Assembly: GCA_041649615.1 (NCBI GenBank)
Contig: JBAZMT010000004.1
Span: forward strand, 691 to 64,690
Direction: 5' to 3'
DNA length: 64,000 nucleotides
Source: Parcubacteria group bacterium
GTDB lineage: Bacteria > Patescibacteriota > Minisyncoccia > UBA6257 > Colwellbacteraceae
Of this stretch, positions 38,544-47,984 are shown in pieces. The notes under the pieces are model-generated. The model was given only the letters and a program-made list of their open reading frames with translations, did not search any database and was not told the DNA's origin. Made by a program: the position numbers and the translations under genes. Every line of letters starts with the position of its first letter. Position 1 is the first letter of the stretch.

Positions 38544-38712
38544 GCGGTCAAAATCCGTTAAGGATTTCTGACGGGATGTAACTTCAGTTAATAGCCACTT
38601 TGGGTTTCGGCTCGGGTGCGCCTCAAGTGCATCTTAACCTCTTTTATTTCTTAAATAAAAGAGTTTCCATAATATCAGAAATCTTTGGCGGATTTTTGTT
38701 TTTAAATTTCTC

Positions 38713-40017
38713 TTACCAAGTGATAGGACCGGTCGCTTTCTCCACTTCTTCTAAGCTCGTAATGCCTGAAAGAGCTTTAATTATCCCGTCTTGCTGCATA
38801 TTGGTAAATCCTTTGTCAAAGGCAAGTTTTTCAATTTCCGCCTCGCTCGATTCTCTGTGTATGAGCAATTCAAGGTCTTTATCCATTTCCAATATCTCAA
38901 AGATACCGATTCGGCCCCTATATCCGTCTACGCAAGACGGGCAGCCCACGGGCTCATAAAGGGTGATATCCGTGGGTAAAGACACATTTTTAGAAAGCTT
39001 GTTCGTAAATTCTTTTATTTTGGCGTTATTCTCCTCGTTTAGTTCCGCTTTTTTACGGCATTTTTCGCATAATTTGCGGACTAGACGCTGGGCAATGAAT
39101 ACGTTTACGGCCGGTCCGATAATTTGCGGTTTAACTTCAAGATCCAAGAGACGAGGGACGGCTCCGGCGGCAGTATTGGTGTGAAGGGTAGAGAAGACAA
39201 CGTGCCCCGTAAGAGCCGCTTGCATGGCGATATCGGCCGTTTCGGGATCTCTTATTTCTCCGACTAGAATTACGTCCGGATCTTGACGGAGAATGGACTT
39301 AAGTCCGCTTCCGAAATTGTATCCGGCGGACGGGTCTACCTGCGTCTGTTGAATGCCTGTCAGGTGATATTCTATCGGGTCTTCTATCGTGATTATCTTG
39401 ATTTCCGGAGAATTAATATGGTTTACAAAGGCGTAAAGAGTAGTGGTTTTTCCTGAACCCGTGGGGCCGGTTACGAGAATCATGCCGTTTGGTCTCTTAA
39501 GGCCGCGTTCAACTTTTATAAGATCGTCCTCGCGCAGACCGATGTCTTTAACCTCCAAAATAACCGCTTCAGGGTCTAAAATCCTCAAAACGATGGTTGC
39601 ACCGTATTCCGAAGGATTAATGGAAACACGGACTTCAATATCTCTCTTATTTTCGCGGCTTCGGATGGTAAAACGTCCGTCTTGGGCAGATTCCTGAATA
39701 TTAATCTTTACTCCTCCCAAGAGCTTTATCCTGCTTAAAATAAATCCGTATTCTTCAGTTGAAAGATTTCCCGATTCCCGCAAAACGCCGTCCAGTCGGA
39801 CTCTTATCTTTACACTGTCCCGCGCAGGCTCAAAATGAATGTCTGAAGCGCTAAGACCGAGCGCGCCGCCCAGTATTTCCTCAAGTAAAACGCTTGTTGA
39901 CGCTTTTCCCGCCGACGAAGAGGAAAGTTTGTCCATAAGCTCTTTCGGAGAAGAGATGGCGAGCTTGCTTACAGAGACTTCATTTAGCTTTTCATTCGTA
40001 TCTTTCGCGTCGTCCAT
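38713..40017 (-). CDS. GspE/PilB-family secretion ATPase (type IV pilus / type II secretion assembly ATPase)
   Basis: 434 aa. Walker A GPTGSGKTT, Asp box, Walker B DPDVILVGEIRD, His box TLHTN and a C-terminal tetracysteine motif CEKC...CPSC. Confidence 0.88.
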   Translation of the reverse strand: MDDAKDTNEKLNEVSVSKLAISSPKELMDKLSSSSAGKASTSVLLEEILGGALGLSASDIHFEPARDSVKIRVRLDGVLRESGNLSTEEYGFILSRIKLLGGVKINIQESAQDGRFTIRSRENKRDIEVRVSINPSEYGATIVLRILDPEAVILEVKDIGLREDDLIKVERGLKRPNGMILVTGPTGSGKTTTLYAFVNHINSPEIKIITIEDPIEYHLTGIQQTQVDPSAGYNFGSGLKSILRQDPDVILVGEIRDPETADIAMQAALTGHVVFSTLHTNTAAGAVPRLLDLEVKPQIIGPAVNVFIAQRLVRKLCEKCRKKAELNEENNAKIKEFTNKLSKNVSLPTDITLYEPVGCPSCVDGYRGRIGIFEILEMDKDLELLIHRESSEAEIEKLAFDKGFTNMQQDGIIKALSGITSLEEVEKATGPITW

Positions 40018-40040
40018 AACTAATATAATAATATAGGCAA

Positions 40041-40571
40041 ATGTCAGGACACAGTAAATGGTCTCAAATAAAACATAAGAAAGCTTTAACCGATGAAAAG
40101 CGCGGGAAACTTTTCACCAAGTTGCTTATGGCCGTGCAAACGGCGGCAAAGGATGATCCAAATCCGGATTTCAATCCGCGTCTTCGGACGGCAGTTTTGA
40201 AAGCGAAGGAAGGAAACGTGCCCCAAGAAAACATAGAAAGAGCCATTAGCCGGGCAAAAGATTCGGTATCCGAAGACCTTCTGATTGAAGCTTACGGTCC
40301 TTCGGGGGTCGCGCTCATAATAAAAGCCCTAACGGATAGCCGGAACAGAACGGTAGCGGAGATTAAAAAATTACTCGCGGATAACAACGCCAAATTCGCC
40401 GAACAGGGTTCCGTAAGATGGGCCTTTAATCAGGATGAAGAAGGGAATTTTGTTCCCCAATTCAGACAGTCCGTTTCGGAGACGGATAAAGAAAAGGTCG
40501 GAGCGTTAGTGGATGAACTTCAAGAAAGAGACGACGTGATGGAAATATACACCAATGCCGAAACCGAATAA
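40041..40571 (+). CDS. yebC: YebC/PmpR-family probable transcriptional regulator (short form)
   Basis: 176 aa. MSGHSKWSQIKHKKA...KLF typical N-terminus. It sits immediately upstream of ruvC, the conserved arrangement. Confidence 0.85.
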   Translation: MSGHSKWSQIKHKKALTDEKRGKLFTKLLMAVQTAAKDDPNPDFNPRLRTAVLKAKEGNVPQENIERAISRAKDSVSEDLLIEAYGPSGVALIIKALTDSRNRTVAEIKKLLADNNAKFAEQGSVRWAFNQDEEGNFVPQFRQSVSETDKEKVGALVDELQERDDVMEIYTNAETE

Positions 40572-41049
40572 TCCCCGAGTGTATCTTGGTATTGATCCGG
40601 GAACTCATCGCGTGGGATACGGAGCGATAAGGGCTGAAAACGGAAAGTTTTCCCTGATAGAGCAGGGAATTATTGAAAAAAAAGAAAAAGGATACGCCGC
40701 GGGCCAGTTGTCTTTCATTTACAGGGAAATTTTATCGCTTATAAAGAAATTACGCCCTGATGAAGTGGCGGTTGAGAAATTGTTCTTTTCAAAAAACCAA
40801 ACGACCGCCATGGCGGTCGCGGAAGCGAGAGGAGTGATTCTTCTCGCCGCGGCGGAGAATTCGCTTCCGATTAGGGAGTTCACGCCAAACACGGTTAAGC
40901 AATCGGTCTCCGGTTACGGATCGGCCGATAAAAAAGCGGTGCTAAAAATGATTACGCTGATCTTGGGACTCAAAGATTTCCGTCCGATTGACGACGCTTC
41001 GGACGCCTTGGCGATCGCCATTACGGCGGCTCTAATCACTGATAGATAA
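40555..41049 (+). CDS. ruvC: crossover junction endodeoxyribonuclease RuvC
   Basis: 164 aa. LGIDPGTHRVGYG and catalytic acidic residues (DEVAVEKLFF, DASDALAIAI). Confidence 0.93.
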   Translation: MPKPNNPRVYLGIDPGTHRVGYGAIRAENGKFSLIEQGIIEKKEKGYAAGQLSFIYREILSLIKKLRPDEVAVEKLFFSKNQTTAMAVAEARGVILLAAAENSLPIREFTPNTVKQSVSGYGSADKKAVLKMITLILGLKDFRPIDDASDALAIAITAALITDR

Positions 41050-41128
41050 AACTCTTGACCTGAAATTTTTTTATGATACTCTTTCCCCAGTAGATAATTA
41101 AAAGGTCGGCAAAAAACGCTAATTAATA

Positions 41129-41317
41129 ATGAACTCCGAAGAAAATTGGGACGAAGAATCGGGCGACAGCGATTACAATGAGCTCGGTTCGCTTGATGAT
41201 GGTTTTTCCGTAAAAGAACACGAAGACGAGGATGAACTTGGCGATGAAGGGGACGGGGAGAAAGAAGGGGATGACGATCTCCTAAAAAATCAAGACGAGG
41301 AAGAAGAGAATTTTTAA
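41129..41317 (+). CDS. very acidic small hypothetical protein; may be non-coding
   Basis: 62 aa, about 50% Asp/Glu. No SD. Located between ruvC and the PBP gene. Confidence 0.3.
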   Translation: MNSEENWDEESGDSDYNELGSLDDGFSVKEHEDEDELGDEGDGEKEGDDDLLKNQDEEEENF

Positions 41318-41384
41318 TTAAAGCGCGAGAGCCAAATATTTTCGCCCCGTACCGGACAGTGCGGGGCGATGTATAATTATATTC

Positions 41385-43820
41385 GTGAAAAGAAAAATAC
41401 CGATAAAGAAAATTTTAATCTGGATCGCAGGAGCGATCGGAACCGCAGCCGTAATCGGAGTTTTGGGTTATGTTTATTTAAGCAGAAACTTGCCGACCGT
41501 GGGGGAAATAGTCACTCACGAGCTTACGGAATCAACCAAAATTTTTGATCGAACGGGAGAAACCTTGCTTTATGAAATACACGGGGAAGAAAGGAGAACT
41601 TATCTTCCGCCCGAAGAGATTCCGGACGTGTTGAGGCAAGCGACCGTTGCCGTTGAAGACAGCGGATTTTACGAGCACGCCGCTTTTGATTTTCGGGGCA
41701 CTTTAAGAGCGCTTTGGGTAGACATCGTCAAGGGTTACCGAGCGCAGGGAGGATCAACCATAACCCAGCAAGTGGCCAAAAACTCATTTCTGACGCCCGA
41801 AAAATCGTTAGTACGTAAGATTAAAGAACTTATTTTAGCCTTTAGGCTGGAAAAAGTGTACACGAAAGACGAAATACTTAATCTTTATTTGAATCAGGTT
41901 CCTTACGGGCAAAACGCTTACGGCGTAGAAGCCGCTTCGCAGACGTATTTCGGGAAATCGGCAAAAGAATTGAATCTCGCCGAGGCGGCGATGCTCGCCG
42001 CTATTCCGCAAGCTCCCAGTTATTATTCTCCCTGGGGATCGCACACCATAGAACTCGAAGAAAGAAGAAAGTACGTTCTCTCCCAAATGAGAAACTTGGG
42101 GATGATTGATGAGCAGCAATACGATTTCGCCATTCAAAACAAACCCGTGGTGATGGAACAGCCCAAAACCGCTTCTTTCGCTCTCGCTCCCCATTTCGTG
42201 ATGGAGGTACAGGAATATTTAAACAACAAGTACGGAGAGGATTTCGTTTCCAAGGCGGGGCTTAAAGTAATCACCACTCTTGACGCGGATCTCCAAAAAC
42301 TGGCGAATACCGCCGTGGAGGAAGGAGGGGACAGAAATACCGAGCTCTACTCCGGACATAATGCCGCTTTGATAGCGATGGACCCCAAGACCGGCCAGGT
42401 ATTGGCACTCGTGGGTTCAAAAAATTATTTTGATCCGCCGGAGCCCGAAGGGTGCACCGAAGGCTCGACTTGCCGATTTGAAGGAAATTTTGACGTAATA
42501 ACCCAAGGGTTGCGACAACCGGGATCTTCGTTCAAGCCGTTCGCTTACATGGAAGCTTTCATAAAAGGATTTACGCCGGACACTATTTTATTTGACGTTC
42601 CTACCGAGTTCTCTACCAATCCGGTTTGCCCTTCAACGCCGGATTACAACGACGAAAGAACTCAGTGTTATCACCCGCAAAACTTTGATCACATATTCCG
42701 CGGACCGATAACCATGAAAGAAAGTTTAGCGCAATCAATAAACTTAACCGCGGTTAAAACTTTATATCTTGCGGGTTTCAATGACACGATAAATCTCGCG
42801 GAAAAGTTCGGAATAACAAGCTTCTCGGACAGGAGCCGGCTCGGTTTATCTCTCGTCTTGGGAGGAGGGGAGGTACATCCGATAGAACTCGCGCAGGCGT
42901 ATTCGGTTATTGCAAACGACGGCGTAGGAAATCCCTACACTTTTATTCTTGAAGTGAAAGATAACAACGGGAAAACGCTTGAGGAATATAAGGACCATTC
43001 CGAGAGGTTAGTGGAAGCCAATTACACGCGTCTTATAAGCGACGTTCTCTCCGACAGGGATTTAAGAGCACCTCTTTATCAATCAAGCCTTAATTTAACG
43101 GGGGTTCCGGGTTATCAGATAGCGATGAAAACCGGAACGACCAATAACTACGTTGACGCTTGGACGTTCGGATACACTCCAAATCTCGTGGTGGGCGTAT
43201 GGGCGGGAAACAATAACCGTTATCCATTGCAACAGCGGGGATCAAGTATTCTTGCCGCCGTACCCATGTGGCATGATTTCATCTCGGGGGCCGTAAAATT
43301 AAGACCGAACGAACCTTTTCCAAAGCCGGAGCCGCAAGGAACGACTATTCCCGTTTTAAGAGGAGAATTAGACAGAGAAAATCCGCACAACATTCTTTTT
43401 TACCTGAATAGACTGACCGATCCGCAGTATTTAAATTGGGAAACAGGGGTTCAAAATTGGCTCCGAAATAACGTTTTGCCGGACGTATCAACGCCCACGT
43501 ATTCATACGCGGAAGGAGAAGAACCGTCCGTAACGAGTGGAAACGGTCCCAAAATAGAGTTCTTGGGCGTTAAGAACGGAGACTTTATAACGAATGATTT
43601 AGATCTAGAGCTAAAATTGACTTCCAATGTTAATGTCGCCCAGATTGAGGTTTACATAAACGACCAACTTCGTGACATAATCGTCGGCGGTATGGGAAAC
43701 ACGGTTAATTACCAAAAAGTTTTTTCCGAAGACGAGCTTAAAAGCCAAAATAAAATCACTTTAAAAGCCACTGATTCCGTCGGGGTGGTGAGTGAGGCGG
43801 GGATAATCGTTTATAAGTAA
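41385..43820 (+). CDS. class A penicillin-binding protein (bifunctional GT51 transglycosylase / transpeptidase, PBP1A-like) with a C-terminal extension
   Basis: 811 aa. N-terminal TM, GT51 motifs (EDSGFYEH, GGSTITQQ), transpeptidase SxxK (SSFKP), SxN and KTG (KTGTT). Confidence 0.93.
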   Translation: MKRKIPIKKILIWIAGAIGTAAVIGVLGYVYLSRNLPTVGEIVTHELTESTKIFDRTGETLLYEIHGEERRTYLPPEEIPDVLRQATVAVEDSGFYEHAAFDFRGTLRALWVDIVKGYRAQGGSTITQQVAKNSFLTPEKSLVRKIKELILAFRLEKVYTKDEILNLYLNQVPYGQNAYGVEAASQTYFGKSAKELNLAEAAMLAAIPQAPSYYSPWGSHTIELEERRKYVLSQMRNLGMIDEQQYDFAIQNKPVVMEQPKTASFALAPHFVMEVQEYLNNKYGEDFVSKAGLKVITTLDADLQKLANTAVEEGGDRNTELYSGHNAALIAMDPKTGQVLALVGSKNYFDPPEPEGCTEGSTCRFEGNFDVITQGLRQPGSSFKPFAYMEAFIKGFTPDTILFDVPTEFSTNPVCPSTPDYNDERTQCYHPQNFDHIFRGPITMKESLAQSINLTAVKTLYLAGFNDTINLAEKFGITSFSDRSRLGLSLVLGGGEVHPIELAQAYSVIANDGVGNPYTFILEVKDNNGKTLEEYKDHSERLVEANYTRLISDVLSDRDLRAPLYQSSLNLTGVPGYQIAMKTGTTNNYVDAWTFGYTPNLVVGVWAGNNNRYPLQQRGSSILAAVPMWHDFISGAVKLRPNEPFPKPEPQGTTIPVLRGELDRENPHNILFYLNRLTDPQYLNWETGVQNWLRNNVLPDVSTPTYSYAEGEEPSVTSGNGPKIEFLGVKNGDFITNDLDLELKLTSNVNVAQIEVYINDQLRDIIVGGMGNTVNYQKVFSEDELKSQNKITLKATDSVGVVSEAGIIVYK

Positions 43821-43822
43821 AA

Positions 43823-43853
43823 TCGCCCTTTTAAGGGGGCGATTTGTTCGGTT
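43823..43853. terminator. hairpin between the convergent PBP and dnaN genes
   Basis: aatcgccc-ttttaa-gggggcgatt. The U-tract is weak. Confidence 0.45.
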
Positions 43854-43864
43854 AAAAGGTATTC

Positions 43865-44974
43865 CTAATCTTTAATAGGCATCACGATATAGATATAGGA
43901 ATTATCTTGAGGCCATTTGATGATTGACGGTTTAACGTCTCCCTGAAAACCCATATTTACCGTTTCGGAACTTATATTCTTCAGTCCGTCAAGCATAAAG
44001 CGCCAATTAAAAGACACGTTTAGCGGTTCACCTGTGATTTTGGCGGGAATCAAGTATTTATTTTCTCCAAGAAGACTGTCGGCGGAGTATACTTCGGTCA
44101 GTTTTTGATCGGATATTATTCTTAAAACCACTTCGTTATTTTTGGGACTAAACGAACTGACTAGTTTCAGAGCTCCAGTCAGTTCCGATCGGCTCACTTC
44201 AATATTTGTGCTCACGTTTTTAGGAATAATAGGAGCGTATTCCGGGAATTTACCGTCTATAATCCTTGTAATAAGCGTAATGTCCTCGTTTTTAACCATC
44301 AGCTGATTTTCATCGGAATAAATTTTAATCGTTTCTTTGTCGTTTATCACTCTAACCATTTCTTGAGCCGGTTTAAGAGGGATTATCATCTTAAACCCTC
44401 TTTCAAAATTATTGGTGAAGTCGGAACCATAGAGCGTTTTTTCAGCCAATCGGAAACTGTCCGTGGCTACAAATTTAATGGTTTCACCGTCAATATCCCA
44501 CATTATTCCGCTTATCTCCGGTCTTAATTCCGAAATTTGAGCCGCGCTCATAACGGAAAGAAGACTTTCTTTTAAAATATCTCCTTTTATTTCAATAAAT
44601 TCGTCTTTTACGCCAACTTTCGGAATTATCGGAAATTCCTCGTAATTCATTCCTTGTATTTTGGCTTCGTAACTATCCGTTTTAATAAGGATATTTATGT
44701 CCTTGTTTTCAATATCAATCCGCTCGCTTTGAATGTTATTTATAACATTGTTAAAAACGGTAAAAGGAATTGTTATTTGGCCTTCTTCGGTTATTTTACC
44801 GGCCACGGTTTTAATTATGGCCGTTTCCAGGTCGGTTGAAATTATATTTATTTTTCCATTTTCGGTTTTAATAAGGATGTTTTTAAGAATGGGCAGAGTA
44901 GTATTCTCTCCCACTATTCTTGAAACGGCGTCTAAGGAATTTTTCAGATTGTTTTTTAATACAGTTATCTTCAT
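43865..44974 (-). CDS. dnaN: DNA polymerase III beta sliding clamp
   Basis: 369 aa with a three-domain clamp pattern. It is immediately downstream of dnaA. Confidence 0.93.
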   Translation of the reverse strand: MKITVLKNNLKNSLDAVSRIVGENTTLPILKNILIKTENGKINIISTDLETAIIKTVAGKITEEGQITIPFTVFNNVINNIQSERIDIENKDINILIKTDSYEAKIQGMNYEEFPIIPKVGVKDEFIEIKGDILKESLLSVMSAAQISELRPEISGIMWDIDGETIKFVATDSFRLAEKTLYGSDFTNNFERGFKMIIPLKPAQEMVRVINDKETIKIYSDENQLMVKNEDITLITRIIDGKFPEYAPIIPKNVSTNIEVSRSELTGALKLVSSFSPKNNEVVLRIISDQKLTEVYSADSLLGENKYLIPAKITGEPLNVSFNWRFMLDGLKNISSETVNMGFQGDVKPSIIKWPQDNSYIYIVMPIKD

Positions 44975-45176
44975 TGAATTAATTAATAAATAAATATAAT
45001 TTGTTGTAATAGTAGTATCTGTAAGAAAGTGGAAAAGTTAATTTTTACATTACGCAATCTATTTAATGGTTGATGGGAATTAATTTTAAGATGTGATTAA
45101 TTTTGTGGAAATGTAACGGAATTTAGCAGGGGAAGCATTAGGCGCGTAATTTATACAGAATTAATTCACATGGTTT

Positions 45177-46523
45177 TCAGGATTTATTAACCAATTCTTT
45201 TATCATAATCAGTTTTTGATTAAAGGCAGGATTTTCGTTTAAAGAGTGGGTTATTTTATCAAAAGCGTATATGGCCGTGGTGTGATCTCTTTTACCCATT
45301 TTCTCGGCAATAAACGGGTAGGACATATTTAACATCTCGCGAAGAAGATACATGGCCACTTGTCTCGGTTCAACGATTTCTTTTTTACGGCCGCGGCCAA
45401 TTAAGTCGGTCGTGGAAATTTCATAGAACTCGGCCACGGCCTTAATAATCTGGGAGTGGGTGATATTCACGGCCGATTGTTCCAATATCTCATTCATTAT
45501 TTTTTCGGCGATCATCAGATCAAAAGAACTGCCGTGATTTTTATGGAAAACGAGCTTATTAATTATCCCTTCAAGTTCTCTTATATTTCGCTGAACTTTA
45601 TCGGCCACGAAATTAACCACTTCATCGTCTAAATGTTCTTTTTTATCCTGAAGTTTAACTTTTATTATCGCCACTCTCGTTTCAAAATCGGGAAAACCGA
45701 TATCAACCGTCATTCCGCCTTCAAAACGGGACTTTAATCGTTCTTCAAGAATAGGTATCGCGCGCGGAGGACGATCGGAAGAAATGATTATCTGTTTGTT
45801 GTTTTCATGAAGAGCGTTAAAAGTGTGGAAGAACTCTTCTTCCGTCTTTTCTTTGCCGCCGATAAACTGAATGTCATCAATGATAAGGACGTCAATGTTC
45901 CGATAAGTGTTTTTAATGTCTTCAACTCTCTTGTTTCTGATAGCCCAAATGACATCATTGGTGAATTTTTCGGAGGAAACGTACTTAACTTTGAATTTTC
46001 CTTTATATTTTTTGTGTATTTCGTTGCCTATAGCCTGGATAAAATGGGTTTTTCCGAGTCCCGTACCGCCATATATGAATAAAGGATTATATTTATTACC
46101 GATTTCCTCAATTATTGACGTTCCGGCCGCATAAGCGAGCTCGTTTGAGGAACCCACGACGAAAGTTTTGAGGTTATATTTTGGGTTTAACCCGGACTCT
46201 GGATCGGCTTTGAATTCATTGAAGGCAAGCTGCTTCGTTTCTTCGGCGGGTCTTACGGATTCGCTCTTCTTTAAGACGGCGCCATCCACAATGTAAGTTA
46301 TTTTTCTAATGGAACTGTCTTCAGTTCTCAAAATACCGAGGATTACTTTCCCGTATTTGGCTTCAACCCATTCTTTGGCGAAGTGATTCGGTAACGCCAC
46401 GATCGCATCGCCATCTTTATTGTTGACGAGTCGGCTGTTCTTAAGCCAGGTCAGAAAATTAGGTCTTGATATCTGTAATTCCAGCTCGCCTAATGATCTA
46501 TCCCAAAGCTCATCAACGTTCAT
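45177..46523 (-). CDS. dnaA: chromosomal replication initiator protein DnaA
   Basis: 448 aa. Domain I, an AAA+ module (GGTGLGKTHF, Walker B LIIDDIQF) and a C-terminal DnaA-box-binding HTH (HTTAIYA). Confidence 0.96.
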   Translation of the reverse strand: MNVDELWDRSLGELELQISRPNFLTWLKNSRLVNNKDGDAIVALPNHFAKEWVEAKYGKVILGILRTEDSSIRKITYIVDGAVLKKSESVRPAEETKQLAFNEFKADPESGLNPKYNLKTFVVGSSNELAYAAGTSIIEEIGNKYNPLFIYGGTGLGKTHFIQAIGNEIHKKYKGKFKVKYVSSEKFTNDVIWAIRNKRVEDIKNTYRNIDVLIIDDIQFIGGKEKTEEEFFHTFNALHENNKQIIISSDRPPRAIPILEERLKSRFEGGMTVDIGFPDFETRVAIIKVKLQDKKEHLDDEVVNFVADKVQRNIRELEGIINKLVFHKNHGSSFDLMIAEKIMNEILEQSAVNITHSQIIKAVAEFYEISTTDLIGRGRKKEIVEPRQVAMYLLREMLNMSYPFIAEKMGKRDHTTAIYAFDKITHSLNENPAFNQKLIMIKELVNKS

Positions 46524-46687
46524 AGATGTAATTTTATTTAAGCGTTACCGAAGCGTCAAAATACCGGAATGCGCCATTGAAAAAATTTTAAATTTGTAAT
46601 CAAGACGTTTATAAACAAAGTTTGTCCGGAAACGGAGCAAAGAGAGGATTATCTGATAAAAACCGGATTGGCTGAAATTCCAGCCAC

Positions 46688-46708
46688 TGTGGATAACTTG
46701 TGGATTAA
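46688..46708. promoter_or_regulatory. two adjacent DnaA boxes: TGTGGATAA (perfect, 46688-46696) and TGTGGATTA (46700-46708) in the dnaA-rpmH intergenic region; candidate oriC / dnaA autoregulation site
   Basis: Matches the TTATCCACA consensus (reverse complement) at 9/9 and 8/9 positions. Confidence 0.65.
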
Positions 46709-46789
46709 GGGTAATTTCTGTTGACAAAAAGACTCAAATGTACCGAAAAATCATTGACTAAACCTTGAAAATTACTTATTTTAAGCCTC

Positions 46790-46924
46790 ATGAAACCGAC
46801 TTATAACCCTAAAAAGAAGAAAAGAGCGAGAACGCACGGTTTTCTAAAGAGGCAGTCAACTAGGGGAGGGAAAAGAACGATCGCGAGAAGAAGAGCTAAA
46901 GGCAGAAAAAGACTCTCCGTCTAG
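46790..46924 (+). CDS. rpmH: 50S ribosomal protein L34
   Basis: 44 aa, [44 protein letters not shown]. This ORF is not in the supplied track (shorter than 60 aa). It matches the L34 consensus. Confidence 0.9.
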   Translation: MKPTYNPKKKKRARTHGFLKRQSTRGGKRTIARRRAKGRKRLSV

Positions 46925-46930
46925 ACAGAA

Positions 46931-47263
46931 ATGATCAGTGCCAGGTACAAATTGAACATTTCCCTGGCTTTAAGAGATTTTAAAGCCTTTTATAAGGGCA
47001 AATTCTTCTCGGTTAAGCGAAAAGAGAATGGTCTAAAGGTATCGCGCGTAGGAGTGGTTATTTCCAAGAAATTTTCGCGATCCGCCGTTAAGAGAAACAA
47101 AATCAGAAGATCAATATTTCGGTTTTTTCAGGAGAACAAAACGTTTCTTCTACGTTTTAACCCGCCATCCGATTTTTTAGTGATTGTTTTGACTACTACT
47201 TCCGAGATAGAAGATAATAAGGAGATTCTCACAAAAGAATTAAAAAATGTCATATCTATTTAA
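46931..47263 (+). CDS. rnpA: ribonuclease P protein component
   Basis: 110 aa, basic, following rpmH. RNase P protein pattern (KRNKIRRSIF). Confidence 0.8.
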   Translation: MISARYKLNISLALRDFKAFYKGKFFSVKRKENGLKVSRVGVVISKKFSRSAVKRNKIRRSIFRFFQENKTFLLRFNPPSDFLVIVLTTTSEIEDNKEILTKELKNVISI

Positions 47264-47984
47264 TACTTTCTTGTATCAGCCGATAATCAACGTACTCGTG
47301 TTTCTTTACAATACCGTGGCTTTTCATGATCTAGGGGTCGCAATATTAATGCTTACGGTTTTAGTTCGTCTGATACTCGCGCCGTTATATCACAAGATGC
47401 TTCACCAGCAGGCGATGACCCAGAAAATGAGGCCGGAAATGATGAAGATACAGGAGGAATATAAAGGAGACAAAGAAAAGCAGACGCAGCTTTTGATGGA
47501 GCTTTATAAGAAGCACAAAGTAAATCCGTTCTTTTCTTTTATCGTTTTAATCATCCAATTACCCATTTTATGGGCGCTATTCAGAGCTTTTACGAACGGA
47601 CTGAACGGAGGGATTTCGGGTCTTTTGTATCCTTTTATAAGCGATCCGGGGACGTTTAATTCAGTGGCGTTCGGATTCATAAACTTAAACGAGAGAAACA
47701 TAGTACTGATAGTTTTGACGGCGATTGTTCAATTCGTTCAATCGTGGCTTTCGTCTCCGACAGTCAAAAAAGAAGCAGTTGATCCAAAGGCGCCGAAAGC
47801 AATGCCGATGCCTTCCGGGAAAGTAATGGGCGTGTTTTTGGCTCTTTTCACGGCGTTTGTCTTATGGAAATTGCCGGCGGCAGTTGCTATTTATTGGTTT
47901 ACGAGTACGCTATTTGCCATAGGACAGCAGTCTTTTTGCCTCCGACTAATCAAAAATGCAGAATCTAAAGGAAATAACAACTAA
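47247..47984 (+). CDS. yidC: membrane protein insertase YidC (short Oxa1-type)
   Basis: 245 aa. Conserved polar loop and KKHKVNP region. 5 TM. Follows rnpA. Confidence 0.88.
   Translation: MSYLFNTFLYQPIINVLVFLYNTVAFHDLGVAILMLTVLVRLILAPLYHKMLHQQAMTQKMRPEMMKIQEEYKGDKEKQTQLLMELYKKHKVNPFFSFIVLIIQLPILWALFRAFTNGLNGGISGLLYPFISDPGTFNSVAFGFINLNERNIVLIVLTAIVQFVQSWLSSPTVKKEAVDPKAPKAMPMPSGKVMGVFLALFTAFVLWKLPAAVAIYWFTSTLFAIGQQSFCLRLIKNAESKGNNN

Noticed and set aside
38600-38959. 119 aa plus-strand ORF and 38791..38979 ORF
   Set aside because: They overlap the 3' end of the PilB-family ATPase gene on the opposite strand. No independent support.
46545-46727. 60 aa minus-strand ORF in the dnaA-rpmH spacer
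   Set aside because: It lies across the DnaA-box cluster and promoter region of rpmH and is most likely non-coding.
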